The notes below the pieces were generated by a model. That model made no database searches. It worked only from the letters and a program-made list of their open reading frames with translations, and had not been told where the DNA came from. A DNA stretch of 64,000 nucleotides from positions 181,040,001 to 181,104,000 of the forward strand of contig OZ024741.1 in assembly GCA_964016885.1 (NCBI GenBank). The letters run 5' to 3'. Shown one piece after another: positions 25,928 to 40,800 of this stretch (positions are counted from its first letter, which is position 1; each line of letters begins with the position of its first letter). The stretch comes from Eledone cirrhosa. Its lineage: Eukaryota. Both the position numbers and the translations under genes were made by a program.

Positions 25928-26509
25928 TTTGAATCCCTAAAACTCGAGAAGTACCCAACCGATTTTTTTCAAACTTTACATGTGTATTACTTATGTTTCA
26001 GGGAGTGTTATGCGCATAAATTCAACTTTTTGATCCCCTAGGGCCCGCATTAGGTGAAAAACTGCGTTTTTTCAGCTTTTTAGGGTTTTTTTGAGGCGTT
26101 ACGTCAGACCGATTTCCTTGAAATTGTAACTATGTATTAGTCAGTCTCTGCTTCATACCGTGAGCAAAGAAAATCCAACTATTTTATGGCCTAGGGCCCG
26201 CATTAGGTGAAAAAACTTCATTTTTTTAGCTTTTTAGGGCTTTTTTGAGGCGTTACATCTAGTCGATTTTCCTGAGATTTCAAGGCATATTATGCACATA
26301 AAAAAAATCCATTTTCTTGATCCCCTAGGTGAAAACCTGCATTTTTCCTGCTTCATCGAGGAAAATCGTAAAGATTAACCAGCCATCAGAGTATTCGGTT
26401 TATTTTCTTTACATATTGTCCCAGGCATGCAGTTTTTCCACGATTAGGTCTGTTGGTGACCCGCGTTCCAAAATACCTTATCCCGTGCAACGCCGGGTAC
26501 CACTGCTAG
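25864..26509 (+). mobile_element. Non-autonomous Helitron
   Basis: A|TC 5' end, (GT)n, internal ~153-bp tandem units (CCTAGGGCCCGCATTAGGTGAAAAA at ~26037 and ~26190), GC hairpin CCCGTGCAACGCCGGG (26482-26497), CTAG|T 3' end. Confidence 0.78.
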
Positions 26510-27190
26510 TATATATATATATATATATAACTAAAACACTTGAAATGCCATATTGATCTTTAATACTTGGTAGTTGTTTCTAATAAAACTATGGGACTTC
26601 CATGGGGTCAGCTAATATATATAGTCTAGTACACAATCATATACACATATTAGGCATATAGTAAATTGTCAACAAAAGACCTTATCACACACAGACACAT
26701 GTCATGGCTATTGATGCAGTAACCACATCCATCAACATTGTTTTAAATCTTCACAGTCATATCTTCTAGATGAAGTGATGATAACATATGTCGCTGCCTT
26801 TCTATACAAAGGCATGGCTAATATGGTTAGTGTGTGTGTGTATTATTATAATCAATTATATGTATGTTTTTTTCATGCTGGTATGGATAGGATGAGTCTG
26901 TCTCTATGGCTAGACGTCATTTTTAAAAGTAAGGTACAGATTTTGCATGTCTAACTGCTGAGCAGTGGGATTTCTGTTTATGAAGAATGTAAACAAATAA
27001 CACCAGCTGCGCTTTAAAATGCGAAGAGAAAAGAAACAATAAACAAGTACATACTTAGAACTACATAAAAAAAGACCTATCATCACCATCGTTTTATGAG
27101 TAATTTTCTGTGCTTGTATGGGTTCAACATTATAAAATGTCATTAGAAATTTTAATGTATGTGTATTTTTTGAGAGAGAGAGAGAGAGAG

Positions 27191-27241
<51 letters not shown>

Positions 27242-27361
27242 TGGAAGAAGAGTGTAAGGTAATGTGGATGATGGTGATGTTATGATACACTAGACAATAG
27301 AAAGTGATTGTGTTTGTAACTTCAAAACATTGTTTTCAAGGTTTTGGCCTGCTGTGTGCGA

Positions 27362-27395
<34 letters not shown>

Positions 27396-28579
27396 CTGTT
27401 TGTGTGAGTATTCATGATGGTGTTTGTATAGGTAATAAATAAATGAAACAAAGCAGCTTTTATTGAACATAGCTAAAGCTAAGCTACTTAAAAACAAATC
27501 TTGAAATTTGATATTAGCTGTCAATATAAAGGTGAAGGTAAGCATTGCATAATATAGAAAGTAAGCTACAGACAACCCAAGTCTATAGCCTACTTCAATG
27601 ATCCTCATTTAAACATTCATATCTCATCATCATGTAAGCCAGGCCTCTTGACAGGCTTTGGTGCTTCGTGGGGCTTCAGAACATTCTGGGTGAACACTAA
27701 CTCACAATAATTCTAAGGTAGAGTTTCAGAATAAGCATATCATCATCATCATTTAACATCCACTTTCTCTGTTAGTAAAGGCTGGATGGGTTTACATAGA
27801 CCAAATCAGTACTGAAGTGGGGCTACTGACCTCCCAGACAAGCTAAGAGGTCAGTATGCCGCTTATGTATAGTCATATGGAGTGCAGAGAAGTTATCATG
27901 TCTTTTGACACAAACTAAAGGATCCTCCTAACTCATTGTTTGGCAAGCTTTCTACGATTAGATGCCCTCCGTACCACTAACCACTTTACATCATGTACTG
28001 GGTGCTTGTATTGTGTAGATCACCAGCACTAGGGAGGCTGTCATGTCCTTGACACAACTAAAGGGTCTTTCCTGTAATTGTTTCTAAATCTGAGGCCACC
28101 CTATTGAAAAGTACTGGGGCAGCACCATCCAGTGCTTATACCACTGATGTTAACATAGTTTGTATAGCTCTGCCATTCAGAATGTCACTTCTGGTTACAG
28201 TCCTTTGTCATTAGTGTTCATACCTATGTAATTTTAGCTGGCCTCCTATGAGGTTGAATCATAAAACGGGATGTTTTAATGATAAAGTTCCCTGTCCTGT
28301 CATGAAAAGATTTAAATTTAAATATGAATACTTTCAATATAAATGGCTTTATATCATAGCACCAGGGGAGGTTTCAAGCAGTTTGGTATCAAAAGAGTCA
28401 AGACATAAAAGCAGCAATTAATATACGAGAATTATAGTCTCTCATAACATGGAGTCTATGATTAAGATGAGGTCACAGACATTATCAACCCATTTAACAC
28501 ATGCCAGCATAGAATGCAGATATGAAATGGTGATAATGATGATGAATTAGATTAAATTTTCTTATTTATTTTTACTTAC

Positions 28580-28759
28580 CTACTAATGGCTGTTTTTGTT
28601 CGAGTAATTCATAATAACTATCTGCAATGATGCTGGCTGGTGCATGTGGCTGAAATCTGTTCTCTTTCACCATACGTTCACATGTGGACATGAGTGAAAG
28701 GGGAAATTTTGAGGGATCCACTCCATAGCTCCGCCATCCACCTACTCCATCAGCTACAC
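28580..28759 (-). CDS. PPTC7: PPTC7 coding exon 2
   Basis: TTTTAG acceptor, G|GTAAGT donor, 180 nt. Encodes [30 protein letters not shown]...[13 protein letters not shown] (PP2C DG motif). Confidence 0.95.
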
Positions 28760-29998
28760 CTAAAACATAAAATCAAACAGTTACATATGTTATCAAATCA
28801 AAAGACAAAAGAAAATATACAGTTGTGTGATGGCTGTACTAAGGTTGTTGGTAAAGCTCACACCTATGTAGGTTTAGCTGGATTCCTATGAGTTTGCATC
28901 TCATAGGCGGTTTCTTAAATATTTTAATGACAGGGTTCCCCACTCCTATCACAAAAAGACTTACCACTGGTTGTGCATTTAGAAAGCATGTGTGTATGTG
29001 TAAATGATATGATGTATGTGTTGTGTTGGCAGTAACATAGGGGGTTATACAGCAGCATAGCTACAGTGTGCCACTCGGGGCAGATCTTGTGTTTGCTGCC
29101 CCACCCCAACTCCCATATAACATATTGCACAGTAACTCTCTTTTAAAGTTATATATCTATACATATGCCATAGTTTAAGTTATTTGAAATCAAAAAGGTC
29201 CTTCTACAGTGAGTGGTGTCCTGACATTAAAACTACTTTTATTTCAATACAGCCTATATATAGGCTTATAAAACAGATCCCCCATCCTTCTATCCCTATT
29301 ATGCTACTGGTGTTACAGATAGATAATATTGATGTGACTGCAGTATACTCCAACTGGTGTGTCACTTCATCTGTTGTTGGAGACCCGTGGTTTGGCAGAG
29401 AGATTTGAGCTCTACTGCTAGTTCACTGCATGTAGATTGGGCAGATAATTAAATTAATCCTAGCACTTCAACTCTGGAAGGATGAAAAGCAAAGTTGACT
29501 TCAGCAAGGGTGAACTCAGAATGTAAAAAAAAAAAAAGCCCCCAAAACCTTGTTGAAACAAATAAAAACACAAAACCTGCATTAATTTCTGAATAACCTT
29601 AGTGGAGAATTAAAGTTACTTAATTTAGTTCTAGATTTCAAGATGTCACAACTTGAGAAGGTTGAGCAAAAAGGTTAGACTTCATCCCCCCAAATACAGG
29701 TGCAGGCATAAGTGTGTAGTTAAAGAGTTCACTTTGCACCCAAATGGTATCACGATCAGTTTCACCGTGTAGCACTTCGGGCAAGTGTCTTTTACTAGGT
29801 TGATCACGCCTTGCGAGTGAAATTTGGTAGACAAAAATTACAGAAAATCCTTTTAAGGTGGTACCTTAGCATGGCAACAGCCCAATGAATGAAACCAGAG
29901 GTTAACTTTGCCTTTCATCCTTACAGGGTCGATAAAATAAAGTACCAGTAATAGACTGGGATAATTGCTGGCCTTGTGCCAAAAGTAGAAACAAATAT

Positions 29999-30282
29999 TC
30001 TATATATAAATTTGAGCGACTTCCGTCCGTCCGTCACACAGTGTGTGTGTTTGTGTGAATGTATATGTGCGTAAAAGGAAGGGGATGGTGAAAAAACTAC
30101 AACAAAACAGCGACTGGCGTTCCATTTGATACGCTGTGTGTTAGTGTAAATATATGTGTGTTTGTGTGAATGTATGTCAGTGAGTATGTGTTTGCGCATT
30201 TATATTTATATACTCATACATATAAATGTATGCATATGCATATACACACACATACTCGTTAGCGTGTTGAAAAACGTCCTAG
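29999..30282 (+). mobile_element. Short Helitron-like element, second family (homolog at ~62976-63184)
   Basis: TC-TATATATAAA start, (CCGT)n, CTAG|T end. Shares GGTGAAAAAACTA..CTGGCGTTCCATTTG..ATACTCATACATATAAATGTATGCATATGCA with the 63-kb copy. Confidence 0.6.
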
Positions 30283-33200
30283 TATAGTAAAAGTATAATT
30301 TGATGCGCATGTAAATTTCCAGAGGTTAACAGCCTGAAAATTATAATCATATTAGATATATTGACCAGTAAAGCAAAAAAAAAAAAAAACCCACAAAAAA
30401 AAAAAAAACGATGAAACTGAAAATAACTGTTTAAAGTAATTAAGAATAAAAGAATAAAGATTATGTCAGTTATAAAACTTTAATGAGATATACGTAGTTG
30501 GTGTAATAGTTTCAGAACAATGGGGGTAGGGAGTGGAGAAAATAACTGGTAACTACCTGTAACAGAATGAGAAATCAAAAGATTGCAAATATAGGAATGT
30601 GGTCATGTTTGTGCACAAAGCTCATACACCTTAAATTAAACAAGTTTCATTCAGTAAATATTGAGAGGGAGAGGGGAAAGAGAGAAGAGAAAGATCAATA
30701 AATGACATACACACTATACATGCACGCGCTCACACACACATATGAACATACTTCGAAGGTGCAACTCCCAGGACATGTCTTAAGCAAGTAACAATGGAGC
30801 ATGACAGAAGGAGTCCCTGGGAGTTTCAGTAAACTACACCAAAGAAGTGGTGTGGCTGAAGAGGATGCAAAGAAGAGGAGCAAATGAAAAGATAGACAGG
30901 GGAAAGATCGAGAGAGAAGGAATAAAAGAAGTAGATACAAAAGAAGGAAGAGAAAGAGGGGAAGAAGTGAGAAGGGGTAGAAAAAGAGACAGAGAAAGAG
31001 TGTGTAAATGAAAAACAAACAAACAAAAGAAGGAAAGGAAAATAAATAAGCATAGATAGAGAGAATGAGATTGAAAGAGAGGAGTGAAGCAACCTAGACA
31101 CAAACAAGCAGGTCACACAGAGAAATAATTAAAAAAATATAGTCTATACATACACAAGCAACATTGCCAGGTGAAATATTGAGCTGATACTCCAAAACTG
31201 ACTTCCAAATAAAATTCATAAATGATAATATTTTTTGGAAGAATCTATAGAAAATCCACCATCAAAATTCTTTTCTGGAAGTTTTTTTCTTTCTTTTTAA
31301 AAATAAAATTCTAAAATTTTAAAAATCAAGTGTAATTTTACAAAGAATCAAATAATTCCCTGCTATAATCAACCCAATGACCTTTTCATGGGCATATCTC
31401 TCGTGAAATAGGCTGTGCAAAAGTTTCAATTAATTTTTTAAATAGTGAAAAATTTGGAGGGATTCAGTAAAATAACTATTTATTCCATTATGGAGCTGTT
31501 GTTTGGAACATAACTTAGAAGGTTCTTGCGTAACAATTTTCAGTGTAGGATTAAATTGAAATGAAATATTTAAAAACTGATAGTTTTGTATCACAGAATC
31601 AGGTATGATAGTATAAAAATGTTAATAATAATAATAGTTTGAAATCATCTACAGAAATCTTCAATCATGAGATTATAGATTGCAAGGGGGTTATCAAATA
31701 TGCCCCCCCCCCTTAATTTTGTTTTTTTATAAAGTTCTCAAACTTTTCAAAACTAGTGTCATTCCAGAGAGTACCGAAAGCACTCGCGTTGTAGCCAGGT
31801 ATACTAGCAAGGTGTAAAGTAAGGAAAGAATAGTCATTAGAACTGTGGAATAAGACACGCCACAGTGCTGAAAATAATGATGCACACACAACAAAACAGG
31901 CACCACTCAAAAGAACAACGGTGGAAATATCCAAACAGCTGGAAAAAAACTTCAAAGTATTGATCTCCTCATCGAAAATTGAAATGAAAAAAGCAGAAAG
32001 AGTATCATCTTCAAAACACGTAGGAGTCACCTTAACTCTTTCATCACCATTTCCCTTGTCATCACTTTCCTCTTTCAGCTCTGTATACATTGTTTTATCC
32101 ATAAATGTGTTCATTAATTATTCAGAGATGAAAGAAGGAGGGTAAAAAGCAACCAAAACAAACCTCCTCGGAATAATCACACATCAAGAATACGTGGTGG
32201 GGATAAGATGAAGATAGAAAATGCTATATACAAGAGGATTAAATGAAGTCTCGTTGTTGGGTCATTTCAGAATTATTATTATTAAAATATGGGGAAATTG
32301 ACTCTAGACTGAGAAATAGGTGACTAATACAGAATTAATCCCAGAATATGGGGAAAACAATGAGCGTTGAAGAATTCAACGACAGGCCAAATTTACACAA
32401 GTGAAACAAATCTCGAGGTGGCCTTATAAAAAAAGCAAGTTTTCATCACTGACCAACAGATTTAACAACATGAATATGAAGATGTGTTGTATGTGCAAAA
32501 TACAGAATGACTGAGTAAAATATAGTAATTATATTATGAAAGGTTATAAAATGCTAATACCACATAAGAGCATTATATTTAGAGAGATGTCATGAGATCG
32601 TTGAAAGAAACGATCTCCAGATTATCACTATCTCATACAAACATTAAAGCTGATAATCTAAATAAACTTTTTAAAAATTACATTTCGACACAATCAAACA
32701 GATCATGAATACAGATTTTCTTTTCTTTCATTTTTCGTTGTAAACCACTCCAATTTCTACTACAGCTACAACAACCCTGCTGCTACTATAGTTGCTATTG
32801 TTATTTACTATTACAACAGACAAATGAGGGAGCATCTATGTGGTCGTTCAGCTTGTTAGAAACAACAGCAAAATAACCCCCAATCACAACCCACTGTCCT
32901 TGAAAAATAGGATACGTTAAATAATGTATTCCTAGATATTCCTCCAAAGACTGGATGATTCTGGCTGGAACGTTTGTCACAACAGGACTGCTCAATCAAG
33001 GCTTAGCTAGACAACAACTATTACTACAGTCCTTAGGCATCACAGTCATCAGTACACAACAGCTTCGTTTCACGTTAGGGGCTGCAAAGAATTCTATCAG
33101 CCGGAAACTGTAGGAGCACCGTGTATCTTCCCCATACCCATCAGTTTAGCATCAGCAGGTTTCTGTCCATTCAGAACAGGTAGACAGACAGGGCGGTCTA

Positions 33201-34513
33201 CTTAGCTAAACATGGCATAATACCAACTGCTTGCATCTTTCTGGCAAAACCAGGTCATATTTGTTCTGGCAACATGCATCACATGTCAATCAATAACAAT
33301 ATAGTTATTTTAACTTTTCAAAACGTTCTACTTTTTATCTTATATAAGGTTACGATTTTTCTCAAATTTATTACATTGTTGTCTTACTGAAGTAAAGTGG
33401 ATTTTGTGAAAAAATTCAAGGATTTCACAAAAATATATCATGGTTTTAACCCCTTTGATACCAAACCGCCAGAAACCGACCGTTTCGATGATATTAAACT
33501 GCTTGTTTTAAAGTATTTATATTTATCTACCCCCACCTTCTCATAATTATATGTAAGTTGTGCTCCAAACCCTGCAGCAATAAAAGGATTAAATGAATAA
33601 ATTACTTGTCTAAAACAAATTTTGTTTCATTTAACTCTTTAAATAACCTCTGGTTATATGATACAGAACTGTTAATTTTAAAATGTATATTTTTATCTAA
33701 AACTCTTCCACCATAATGTTATGTAAGAGCCATAGTTAAGTATGCTCCTAACAGTAGCTAACTTAATAATGAGAAAGTTAACTATATTACAAAACCCCTC
33801 CAAATTCGTGATTATTCTTAACATTAATTAAAAATAATAGAGAATGTATTTCATTAGAAATATGGTGATGAAAAAGTTAATAAAATTTAATGAAAATATT
33901 AATATAGGATTTTTATATGAATACATTTTCTCTCTGAAATGATTTTTGTTTAATTTAATGTCATTAAAATTAAGAATGTGTTCTGTGACAAAATAAACCT
34001 GGGAACCACAGCTTTACTCAGCTCAAATTCTGGCAAACAATTCAATGAGGATTGATGAAATAAGTAATCTGTAATATATTGGTGTCAAATAAATCCCCAG
34101 CTAACATTGGATTTGTGCATAGCCAAGTCAATGACTAGTACTATTCTATTAGCTATTAAAATAGAGGTAGAGTTAATTCAGTTGTGAAGGAATAGCTCTG
34201 TTAGTTTGGTATTTCTGTTATTAAAAAAAAATCAATAATAATAAAAGGCCCCTTTCGGTAATGACTATGGGTTTGCACCTGAAAAGTTCAGCTCCTTTCC
34301 TGGGTGCAAGCTTGGGCAAGGATTTTGTAGAAGAACACAGTTACTCATGTATATCATTCTCCTCTCTCTGTGTCACAGATAAATGAGTTGATTGAAGCTA
34401 TGTGATAAAGTGTCTTGCTCAAGGACACTACATGTCACCAAGTACAGGAATTAATCTACAACCATATGATTGTGAACCCAACACTAACCATTAATCCATG
34501 CACCTTATAATAA

Positions 34514-34679
34514 TTGTTTCTACTATTGGCACAAGGCCAGCCATTACTGGTACTTTATTTTATCGACCCCCGTAAGGATGAAAGGCAAAGTCAACCTTGG
34601 CGGGATTTGAACTCAGATCGTAAAGGGACGTAACTATGCTGGAAAGCATGGCATCCGACCCTCTACCAATACTGCCAAT
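34514..34679 (-). mobile_element. tRNA-derived SINE copy
   Basis: Same family, nearly identical to 52716-52900. Confidence 0.85.
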
Positions 34680-34744
34680 GTTATAATAATGTTTTTACTT
34701 TAGACATAGGACCAGAAATTTGGGAAGATAGATTAGTCAATCAA

Positions 34745-34964
34745 CCCTTTAGCATTTAAACCGGCCGTATCCGGCCAGAATTCTCTCACCTCTTTCTGTT
34801 CAACTCAGCTGTAACTGGTTGCTCATACTGATCTTAAGGTATTGTTCTCAAAATATATAATATCAAATCTCATAGATTCAATATTATGTGAGATAATTGT
34901 GTGAGGTAAAGCCTTTACTGTGAAAATATAATAGTATATATAGAGTAATGTAAATGCTAAAGGG
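34745..34964. mobile_element. piggyBac-type MITE inserted into a SINE
   Basis: TIR CCCTTTAGCATTTA / TAAATGCTAAAGGG, flanked by TCAA and TTAA. Related ends at ~25170 and ~39510. Confidence 0.7.
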
Positions 34965-35798
34965 TTAAATTGACCCCCAGTACATTTATCAAACTCAGAG
35001 GGACGAAAGCTAAAGTTGACCTTGAACTCAATGTAAAGATTTTGACAATTCTACCAAATAATAATTTCTAATTTTGGCACAAGGCCAGCAATTTTGGGGT
35101 CAATAGAAAAGTCGACAAAATATGAGCTACATAATGTTTTTAATTTGATGGTGGATGGATTTTCTGTTAAATCAAGCTGTCATATTACACTTATATCACT
35201 CTTCAGTAGAAGGAGGAGTTATCCAAGGAAAGGTAAACTATGAACAATGTCTCAGAACAGTCTAATCAATAATATAGGTGTATTGATTTCTAGTGGATTA
35301 AACCTTTCCATGACCATATATCCAGTGAAAGACATTGACTATAGTTTTCAAGTAGTTTTGAAAATAAACAAGAATTTGGTGAGATTTAGTAATATAATTA
35401 ATGTTTACTATGCTTCTCATAAAGTTGGTGTTTGGAACATAACTTAATAAAGGTTCTTATAGAGAATTATGATGGAAGTTTTCTTTTAGATAAATATAAA
35501 TACTTTAAAATAAACAGTTCAGTATCATAGAACCATGGTCTAATTTCAGGTGGTTTAGTACAAAAACAGCTAATCTGACAGTATATTTGACTGGTATTTT
35601 TTTTTAATCAATCCTGGAAGGATAAAAGTTAAAGCTGGCTGTGGCAGGATTTTAACTCAGAACAAAATTCTGTAGCTAGACATTTTGTCAGACACTCTCA
35701 TGTAAATTGGGGGCTATTTTAAAAATAGCAAAAATATCTCAACTGGTTATCAAAATGCTTCAGTATTTTATGCGTTACTGAGGATTTTTAAGTGTCTA

Positions 35799-36092
35799 CT
35801 GTCAGGTCTTGAATAACTGCCCCCGCTTATTAATTTTTCAACTTCCTCCCCCCGCTTATTATTTTTGCTAATCTACCTCTGGCAAAATTTTAATGTGAGT
35901 GATTCATATTGATACAGCAGCTGGAGAATCTAATAATAATTGTATTTTACATTAAAAAACATATATGACAAAAAAAGAACATTACAAGAAATCCCATATT
36001 TATGAACATATCCTATACAATTACCAACACCTCTCACTTATAAGAATTTAAGCAAATGTCTAACTCCATTCCTATTATTTGGGACCTGAGAG
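35799..36092. mobile_element. Tc1/pogo-type MITE
   Basis: Imperfect TIRs CTGTCAGGTCTTGAATAA / TTATTTGGGACCTGAGAG, flanked by TA on both sides. Confidence 0.6.
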
Positions 36093-36476
36093 TACATTTT
36101 GTCTTGTATTTTTTTATACATTACCTCACAAATATTTTCTCAAGGCTATTATATATATGTACTGGACCTCTGTCAGTTCTGATGATGAGCATTCCAATTG
36201 TTCAAACAATGGTACAGTTTGCTCATGAAATGAACATGTAAGTGGCTGAGCATTCCAAAGGCATGTATACTTTTAATGCAGTTCTCAGGGAGATACAGTG
36301 TCTGGCAATTACAGGTACAACTCACTTTTGCCAGCTGTGTGGACTAGAGCAATGTGAAATAAAGTTTCTTGTTCAGGATACAACATACCATCAGGAATCA
36401 AACTCACGACCTTATAATCACAAGCTGAACACTATAACCATTAAGTCATGCACCTTCACTATTATATGTATGTATA

Positions 36477-36507
<31 letters not shown>

Positions 36508-36512
<5 letters not shown>

Positions 36513-37560
36513 GTTGGACAGAAAGTTCTCACCATTTTTCAAATTTTGATTGACTTTGGTGTTTTATAATTGCCATCATTTGCGATTACCATCTGCCATC
36601 ATTTAGGAAGGCAAATGATTCAGTTTTTGAAAATTCTTCTGGTTTCGATACAAAGAATTCCATAACTGGTCTTCATTGGCGAAGGTCTTTGACTACATTG
36701 CATCGCTCATAGAAAAAAAACAAAAAAAAACATGATAATCTGTAGGTGTGAGGTCAGGCGAATATGGTGGGTAGAACAGAACTCCCAATCTAGTTCCAGC
36801 AACTTCTCACTTATCCTTGATATATATGGTCGAATATATCATAAAGGAATTGAACAGGACCAAGGTGTGGCTGCACCTATGCGATTTTTACCACTAATCT
36901 GTCAAGTTGTTGGCAATAAATGTCAGAGATTATGCTGATGTTCAATGAGAGCAGTTTGTAGTGGATGACATCTTTCCAGTCCCATCATAGGCTTAGCAGA
37001 GCCTTCCATGGATGGAGGCCAGCCTTTGTTTGTGCTTGACATTAATGTAGAGACACCATTTTTCATCCCCAGCGACAATGGAATGTAACTAGTTGGTTGT
37101 GTGATAGTAAGAGAGCAGAAGTTGCACCTGCTGTTCAACATTCATGATTACAGTCAGTCAAATTATGGAGAACTACTTGGTCCAGCTTGGACAACTTTTC
37201 TATTGGATGCATGTGGTTGAGGATGGTTGTTTTCGATGCCTGAAGCACATTGGAGAGTTGATGTGGTATTTGGTGTGAGTTGGCTTCCATCAGTTCATGC
37301 AGTTGCTTGTCATTGAAGTCAGATGGTTGTCCCACATGAGGTCAATCTTCATGGCTGTAATCACTGGAATGGAAGCATTCAAACCAGTCCCTGGCACTGC
37401 ATTCAGACATGGTGTGTAATCCAAATGCATTTTTAATGCAACACCTTGATGCTGTTGCGCTTAGGCTAGATGTGAAGTCATAAAGTAAATAGCCAAAAAT
37501 AAACAATTTGGATAGATCCATGTTGTTTCCTGTGGTGGTACCAAAACAACCATTTGATGC
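36508..37560 (-). mobile_element. Mariner transposon fossil in PPTC7 intron 1
   Basis: Mariner-type TIR TTAGGTTGG..AAAGTT next to (TA)n. PPYSPDLTPTDYH motif at ~36730-36772. HTH region GQPSDFNDKQLHELMEAN...SKLDQVVLHNLT (degenerate WVPHEL). Confidence 0.82.
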
Positions 37561-37571
37561 ACAGGCAGAGT

Positions 37572-37806
37572 GTATATATTAAGAAAAATGATGATGTTTC
37601 GTTTACATATATTTGTTTTTCTATTGTGTATTGACCTGTCTGTATTCTTGCATCACCAGTCTGATGAGCAGATCGATAATGGAGTCGGGTCCATAACTTT
37701 TATGGGTCACCCTGAGCCAATCCTCTGCGAAACGTGCATAACAAGTCAATACACAATAAAAAACTAAATACATGTAAACGAAACTTCGTTTTTCTTAATA
37801 TATATA
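37572..37806 (+). repeat. Inverted-repeat PLE-like remnant with hammerhead core
   Basis: Arms 37572-37635 and 37745-37806 enclose CTGATGA-GCAGA...TCTGC-GAAA (37661-37732). Homologous to 45500-45590 (-). Confidence 0.65.
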
Positions 37807-40800
37807 TGTATATACATATGACATCAAATCTAAATTTTAATATCAAAAATGGAATATATTCTAACTTGTTTCAATTTTTTAGTTACTCTTACATGTGACA
37901 GGTTAAAATCCTATATCAGTGAATTTGAAACTCAAACCCTAGAGAGCAAAAGTGGAAAGGCACTGAGGAATGTCATTTCATAGCTGTGGGAAAAGACATT
38001 GTTTGATTGTAGATGGCTACAAAATAAGAAAAGAAATGTACCAATTATATTTGGTTATATTTTAGGAAGGGCATCTCACTTTAAAAACCATGTTAAAATA
38101 AGAAACAAATAGACGAGACATGAACTCTCAAGAAACAGCACAAGCAACCTGTCTATGAGAACAGAAATCCTAGATAAAAACTAGCACAAGATAAAAGTGA
38201 CACTTTAGTTTTGCCACAAATAATCTTTCTTATGCCAGTGACATAATAAAATACAGTCAGTCCATTCTGTAAAGTTGCCGATAGGAAGGGAATATAGCTG
38301 TAAAAATCATGCCGTACCTTAATAGTTTCCTACCATTTTTCATGATATGAACCCCAAATACTACAGAGATACTTAGAAAGAACCCTTAAATTTGATAATA
38401 TAAAGAACATATATGTACATCTTTTTTTTTTACTTTCCTTTACAAAAGGAAATTATAATTTCATAAATTTATGTAAGAACTTTTGTTTAGTTATGTTCAA
38501 AAACACTAAATAATGAGAAAGCTATATTACTAAATCATCATCATCCTCACCACAGTTTTACATCTATTTTCCATGCTTGCATGGGTTAGATGAGTTGCTA
38601 CATTACGAGACCAGACAGGTCAGAAGATCCAATTTTGGTTTGGTTTTCTATGGCTGGATGTCCTTCCTAATGCAAACCACAGGGTGCTTTTTGTCATGGC
38701 ACCAGCACTGTAGGAGTGACTGAATCTCTCCAAATTTTTTATTATTTTCAAAATTATTTGAAAATCATAGGCAGTGTCTTTCATTAGAAATATGGTGACA
38801 AAAGGGTTAAAGTAAAAGCTTTAGAATATCTTAAAGGATTGTCAAACTTTACTGACAACACCTGTAGAAACCTCTTTTATTTCATGAACACCAAAAATAG
38901 TTTTGTGAATCATTTGGGTTTATAAGAACCCAGGTAGCTGACTACTGTCACCCCTCACAACAGATTGGCAGTTTTCCCTTATGCCATGTGTACCACTTGA
39001 TGAGGAAGTACTGTAATTTTCCACACAAGATACCTTATTAAACTAGTTCTCAAAACAAAGTTATGACTATCACACACATATATTGTTGCACATCTGCACC
39101 ATATTAGAATGGAGATAGTGTATATATCTGGGAAACTGCTACTGCTAAAATATGTAAATGAAATATGTGAGGGTGGACAGTAATGCATAATTACACCATT
39201 ATTAATGTAATTACAGTTGCTCTTGTTATTTAAGTACATTATTAATTAACCGATATTTTTGTCATTCTTAAAACAAGTCAATGTATAAATTTCTGTTGAA
39301 ACCATTTTAAGTCTCTTACTTTTTATTTTTACTTGGCAGGAGGAGCATTGCCCACAGTTTTTACAGGCAGTCCAACATCAAAGAGACAAGGACGGGGTAC
39401 AGTACATCTAAGGGGCAAAGGCTGAATAGCACTCATTTTTAAGGGTTCCTATTCAAATTTATATCTTCCAACAATCTTATGTAAGAATTCTGGCTGGATA
39501 AGGCTGGTTTAAATGCTAAAGGGTTAATCAGATAGCTCAGTATCTTAGTAAAAAATCCAACTAGAAGAATGTTAGATAACGTATTACCCCATCTGTTAAA
39601 TCAAACACAGTACTTTTATTTTCATGTTTCAAGAATAGGAATTATTAACTAGTTTTAAATACCTTTGACACACCTAATACTCATTCTTACATAGCATTTT
39701 CCCATCTATTATAAAAAAATTATATTTATTGTTTGGTCAATTGTACATGATGCGTTTCAAGTTCATTATATTTTTTTTACTTGAGTAGTTCACTTTTATG
39801 CTATCTACTGTATATAGATATTTGAAGGGCATGAAACTGACACCTGTGTATTTGTTTTGTTTAGACTAACTGACACTTATCCAAACTCACCTAGGTTCTA
39901 CATTTAACAACATATGATCATGTCCTGTAACTGGAGCTATTCTACCAGAGATATTATTTGTCAAACAATAGACTATTTCCTAAGAACCAATATAAATAAC
40001 ACAGGTGAAGGTGTGTGGTCTAGTAGTTATGGTGTTGGGTTCACAATTGTAAAATTGTGAGTTTAAGGTAGCAGAATGTTGGGCTTTTAAGCAAGACATT
40101 TTATTTCATGTTGCTCCAGTCCACTCAGCTGACCCCCACCCGGTCTCACCAGCAAAAGCTGGGGTTAACTTTAAGAGGAACTAGCATCCTGTCTTCTACT
40201 CTCAGTCATTTAACACCAGAAAACCAGGGCTAAACTGTTGCCTGATGAGCTATTGGGTTTCAAACACACGTAAAAAAAAAAAAAAAATATATATATGGTT
40301 TATGGGCACAGACATGGTCATATAGTTAAAAAATGAACTTCACAATCACATGGTTCTAGGTTTGATGCCAAGGCACATCACTTTGGACAAATGCCTTCTA
40401 CCATACTTCTAAGCAAAACTGAGTAAAAGTAAACTATGGAAGTTGTTGGGTAAACTATACCTGTTCTTGAGTGTAAGGTTTAATCCATTGTTTGGTTTAA
40501 CACCATCACCTTTTTCATGTATTTAGACCAAGTCTCTGGTCTAAAGCATGAAAACACGTGGTCTAGTGACTAGAGTGTAGGGCTCAATATTGTATGGTTG
40601 TGGTTTTGATTCCTGGGGCAAGTGGTGTGATGTGACCTTGAGCCAAACACTTCATTTCACATTGTTCCAGTTCACTCAGCTGAAAAAGATTAGCAGCAGC
40701 AGCAGCAGCAGCTGGGGGTTAACCTTGTAAAGGACTGGCATCTCATGCTAGAGAAGTCTCATACCCGACCACGCAAAAGGTCATGAGTGCTACCATTCCT

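Noticed and set aside
30695-31116. Hydrophobic L/F/S-rich ORFs resembling membrane proteins
   Set aside because: Low-complexity GA/CT-rich sequence.
31690-32200. 133-aa ORF and a small GGGGG/CCCCC hairpin, possible DNA-transposon relic
   Set aside because: No recognisable transposase motif or matching second terminus.
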